27,272 nucleotides of DNA from an uncultured Eubacteriales bacterium (GTDB lineage: Bacteria; Bacillota; Clostridia; TANB77; RGIG9151): NCBI GenBank assembly GCA_964640345.1, contig CAZXFU010000010.1:1-27272 (forward strand), read 5' to 3'. The notes under the pieces are model-generated. The model made no database searches, was not told the DNA's origin, and saw nothing but the letters and a program-made list of their open reading frames with translations. The position numbers and the translations under genes were made by a program. Numbering within the stretch: position 1 is the first letter of the stretch; every line of letters starts with the position of its first letter. Shown here piece by piece: positions 24,467-27,272 of this stretch.

Positions 24467-25705
24467 TCAAATAGCTTCTGAAACTAAATAAGCAGTTGAA
24501 AAAGCTATTTGCAAATTAAATCCGCCGGTAAAGGCATCAACATCAATAACTTCCCCACAAAAATATAACCCTTCAACAATTTTAGACTCCATAGTTTTAG
24601 GATCAATTTCAGAAATCTTAATACCTCCTGAAGTAACAATCGCCTCATCGATCGGTCTTATTCCTGTCACTTTAACAGTAAAATTCTTTAAAGTCTCAAT
24701 AAGTCTCAATCTCTCTTCACGGGTAACACTGTTAACCGCCTTATTTTCATCAAGCTTTGATGCCTTTATAACCGCATTTATCATTTTCTCAGGCAATAAA
24801 TCAAATAAAGCATTTTTTAGCTGCTTATTAATATACTTAGAAAAATCACGTTGGACACGTAAGTCTAATTTTTCATAACTAAGTGCCGGTTTTAAGTCAA
24901 TACTTGCGGTAACTCCGCTAATATTTAACTTCTCATCCATATACTTATGAACAACACGGCTTCCGCTTAAAACCACCGGTCCGGATATTCCAAAATGTGT
25001 AAAAAGCATTTCTCCAAAGTCCTCATATATCACTTTGCCACTATCATTTTGTAACTTAAAGCCAATGTTTTTTAACGATAGTCCCTGCATTCCGCCAACA
25101 TATTCAGTATCGGTAATTAATCCAACCAACGACGGTTTAGGCATAATAACGGTATGTCCAAGCTCTCTTGCCATTTTATAACCATCTCCGGTAGAACCGG
25201 TTTTAGGATAACTAAGTCCACCTGTCGCAATAACTACCTTATCGGCAGAAATAATCTCTCCGCCCTTAATTCTAACTCCGGTAACCTTTCCTTTTGAAGT
25301 CAAAACATTATTCACAGCAGTATTAAACCTAAACTTAACTCCATTTTTTAACGCACATCTATATAACGCCTCAACAACATCTTTAGCAGAATCAGACACA
25401 GGGAAAACACGCTCCCCACGTTCAACTTTCGTTTTAACGCCATGGCTTTCAAAAAAGTTTACGACATCATTATTGGTAAGCGAATAAAATGCACTATATA
25501 AAAACTTACCGTTTCCCGGTACATTCTTTATAAACTCGCTCATATCCGTCATATTAGTAATATTACATCTGCCTTTTCCGGTAATTGCGAGCTTCCTTCC
25601 CGGTCTATCGTTTTTCTCTATAATAATAACTTCATCATCTTTTTTTACATTGCAACCTAAAAACAAGCCGGATGCACCGCCACCAATAATAACAATTTTA
25701 CTCAT
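24467..25705 (-). CDS. HI0933/YhiN/BaiN-family NAD(P)/FAD-dependent oxidoreductase
   Basis: Contains an N-terminal dinucleotide fold (IVIIGGGASGL) and family-typical segments (GKGRCNITN, ATGGLSYPKTGSTGDGY, FCGEVIDVDAFTGGFNLQIAFSTAY). The ATG lies 4 nt after the sigF stop. Confidence 0.85.
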   Translation of the reverse strand: MSKIVIIGGGASGLFLGCNVKKDDEVIIIEKNDRPGRKLAITGKGRCNITNMTDMSEFIKNVPGNGKFLYSAFYSLTNNDVVNFFESHGVKTKVERGERVFPVSDSAKDVVEALYRCALKNGVKFRFNTAVNNVLTSKGKVTGVRIKGGEIISADKVVIATGGLSYPKTGSTGDGYKMARELGHTVIMPKPSLVGLITDTEYVGGMQGLSLKNIGFKLQNDSGKVIYEDFGEMLFTHFGISGPVVLSGSRVVHKYMDEKLNISGVTASIDLKPALSYEKLDLRVQRDFSKYINKQLKNALFDLLPEKMINAVIKASKLDENKAVNSVTREERLRLIETLKNFTVKVTGIRPIDEAIVTSGGIKISEIDPKTMESKIVEGLYFCGEVIDVDAFTGGFNLQIAFSTAYLVSEAI

Positions 25706-25709
25706 ATTC

Positions 25710-26432
25710 TTACTCCGCCATCTTACTACGCATATTTTCTAAAATCTTCTTTTCCATTCGAGATACTTGAACCTGCGAAATTCCAAGCATATTCGCAACC
25801 TTAACCTGAGTCGCACCTTTAAAATATCTCATGGCAATTATCTGCTTTTCACGAGGAGGTAATTCAGAAAGCAAATCCTTTAATACAATTTTCTCAAACT
25901 CCTTAAAATCTGTATTTTCAACATCTGCAAGCTTATCTATCAAATATACAGGATTCTTATCCGCTTCATTTACAACCGCATTTAGCGACTCTGCAGGTTT
26001 CAACGTTTCAAGAGCTATAACAACATCGTCTTCAGAAATTTTAAGATGTTCTGAAATCTCAGCAATAGTCGGCTCAGCACCATTTTTTGCAAAATAAAAA
26101 TCAATTGCAAGTTTTATTTTTGTAGCATTTTCTTTAACAACACGACTAACCTTAACCAGTCCATCATCTCGCAAAAAACGCTTAATCTCTCCCATAATAA
26201 GTGGAACAGCATAAGTAGAAAACTGTGTATTATACTCAAAACTGTACTTTCTGATCGCCTTAATAAGACCAATACATCCGATCTGATATAAATCCTCTCT
26301 TTCATACCCTCTATTTAAAAAACGTTTAACAATACTCCAAACAAGTCCCGAATTCTTTTCAACAATCATCTCAACTGCTTCTCTCGAACCGGAATTAGCC
26401 TGTACCAGAAGTTCTTCATTAGTAAATTCCAT
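25710..26432 (-). CDS. sigF: Sporulation sigma factor SigF
   Basis: Sigma-70 regions 2 to 4 are present (GYEREDLYQIGCIGLIKAIRKY, STYAVPLIMGEIKRFLRD, GISQVQVSRMEKK). It follows spoIIAA-spoIIAB. Confidence 0.93.
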   Translation of the reverse strand: MEFTNEELLVQANSGSREAVEMIVEKNSGLVWSIVKRFLNRGYEREDLYQIGCIGLIKAIRKYSFEYNTQFSTYAVPLIMGEIKRFLRDDGLVKVSRVVKENATKIKLAIDFYFAKNGAEPTIAEISEHLKISEDDVVIALETLKPAESLNAVVNEADKNPVYLIDKLADVENTDFKEFEKIVLKDLLSELPPREKQIIAMRYFKGATQVKVANMLGISQVQVSRMEKKILENMRSKMAE

Positions 26433-26458
26433 ATTTTTTCCTTTCTCTTTAGTAAAAA

Positions 26459-26926
26459 CTAATTAGCCAAAACTCGCTCTTTATGTATTCCATTTAACAC
26501 ATTCTTTTTAATTCTCTTGCTCATTGTAACAGTAGTACCTTTCCCAACCTCGGATTTAACTGTAAGTTTGTCCATAAAATTCTCCATAATAGTAAATCCC
26601 ATTCCCGAACGTTCTAAATCAGGTTTTGTAGTATATAAAGGCTCTTTAGCCTTATCTATATCAATAATTCCTTTTCCCTTGTCCTTTATCTGAATAGTAA
26701 CCGTATCATCTTTAATCTGAGCCGAAACAGAAATCATCCCAAGCTCGTCTTCATATGCATGAACGATAGAATTAGTAACCGCTTCAGAAACGGCAGTCTT
26801 TATCTCGGATAATTCTTCAATTGTAGGATCAAGTTGCGACACAAACGAAGCAACTGCGACCCTTGCAAAGCCTTCATTATTTGACTTACTTAAGAACTCA
26901 ATTTTCATAATATTATCGTAACTCAT
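26459..26926 (-). CDS. spoIIAB: Anti-sigma F factor (serine kinase) SpoIIAB
   Basis: A GHKL/HATPase_c-type kinase is indicated by [18 protein letters not shown] and [10 protein letters not shown]. The start overlaps the spoIIAA stop (TAAGATG). Confidence 0.93.
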   Translation of the reverse strand: MSYDNIMKIEFLSKSNNEGFARVAVASFVSQLDPTIEELSEIKTAVSEAVTNSIVHAYEDELGMISVSAQIKDDTVTIQIKDKGKGIIDIDKAKEPLYTTKPDLERSGMGFTIMENFMDKLTVKSEVGKGTTVTMSKRIKKNVLNGIHKERVLAN

Positions 26927-26927
26927 C

Positions 26928-27272
26928 TTACACCTCCGCTTTTATCTTTTGTAATACACTATCTGTATTTTTCTCTTCCTTTAAAATCTTAAAAATACCT
27001 GACATCTGAAAAATTTTTCTAACAGCAGGTTTTAAATTAATAACAAATGTCTCTCCGCCATGCTTTGAAATTAATTTGTATCTCCCCATAATAAGCCCTA
27101 TCCCTGAGCTGTCCATAAAATTAACACCGTCAAAATCAAAAATTAAAAATTCTGCCTTTCTAAACTCGATTGCCAAGTCAATTTTACTCTTTATCCTTTC
27201 ACAAGCATGATGATCAATCCCTTCATTTATTTTCACTACAACTGCTCTAACGTCCTTAATAAAATCTATACT
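26928..27272 (-). CDS. spoIIAA: Anti-sigma F factor antagonist SpoIIAA (STAS domain), 5' end cut by window edge
   Basis: Contains GIDHHAC...[15 protein letters not shown], which includes the phosphorylatable Ser in the DSSG context. The frame stays open upstream of the track's GTG to the window end ([18 protein letters not shown]...), and 345 nt equals 115 codons. Alignment with B. subtilis SpoIIAA suggests a few more N-terminal codons lie outside the window. Confidence 0.88.
   Translation of the reverse strand, partial: SIDFIKDVRAVVVKINEGIDHHACERIKSKIDLAIEFRKAEFLIFDFDGVNFMDSSGIGLIMGRYKLISKHGGETFVINLKPAVRKIFQMSGIFKILKEEKNTDSVLQKIKAEV

Noticed and set aside
1-27272. A window-wide look for CRISPR arrays, IS transposases, integrases, prophage or defence-system genes, toxin-antitoxin pairs and tRNA/rRNA genes.
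   Set aside because: None was found. Every ORF over 130 aa except the Cys-rich protein has a recognisable housekeeping, flagellar, sporulation or cell-wall identity. The only tRNA-like element is the tmRNA.

Overview
This is a low-GC chromosomal segment from an endospore-forming Firmicute (Clostridia-like). It is mostly housekeeping and mostly transcribed on the minus strand. Reading along that strand from the high-coordinate end: spoIIAA (cut by the window edge)-spoIIAB-sigF plus a tightly linked HI0933-type flavoprotein; a small secreted Listeria-Bacteroides-repeat protein; rpsO-pnp; (+ strand) an acyl-CoA synthetase and smpB-ssrA (tmRNA); glgB; (+ strand) a VanW lipoprotein; an M23 peptidase with a minimal M50 site-2 protease; an isolated hook module fliK-flgD-TIGR02530-flgE; a 779-aa orphan cysteine-rich secreted protein; and the dcw cluster mraZ-rsmH-ftsL-PBP-murE-mraY plus the start of a SEDS gene. 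I saw no CRISPR array, transposase, integrase, tRNA/rRNA or recognisable defence genes, and I cannot point to a convincing multi-gene novel system. Four things are not explained by ordinary annotation. (1) A perfect 50-bp inverted repeat encloses a GC-richer 161-nt multi-hairpin core between VanW and glgB. (2) The orphan Cys-rich secreted protein has its own promoter and terminator and sits between flgE and mraZ. (3) Two sigma-D/sigma-28-type promoter matches occur on the minus strand: one in front of fliK, and one perfect match inside the 3' end of rsmH that reads into an unusual 245-nt spacer with a terminator-like hairpin before ftsL. (4) The M23 peptidase and short M50 protease form a coupled pair. 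Several ORF-track starts were trimmed to the start codon that has a proper Shine-Dalgarno.
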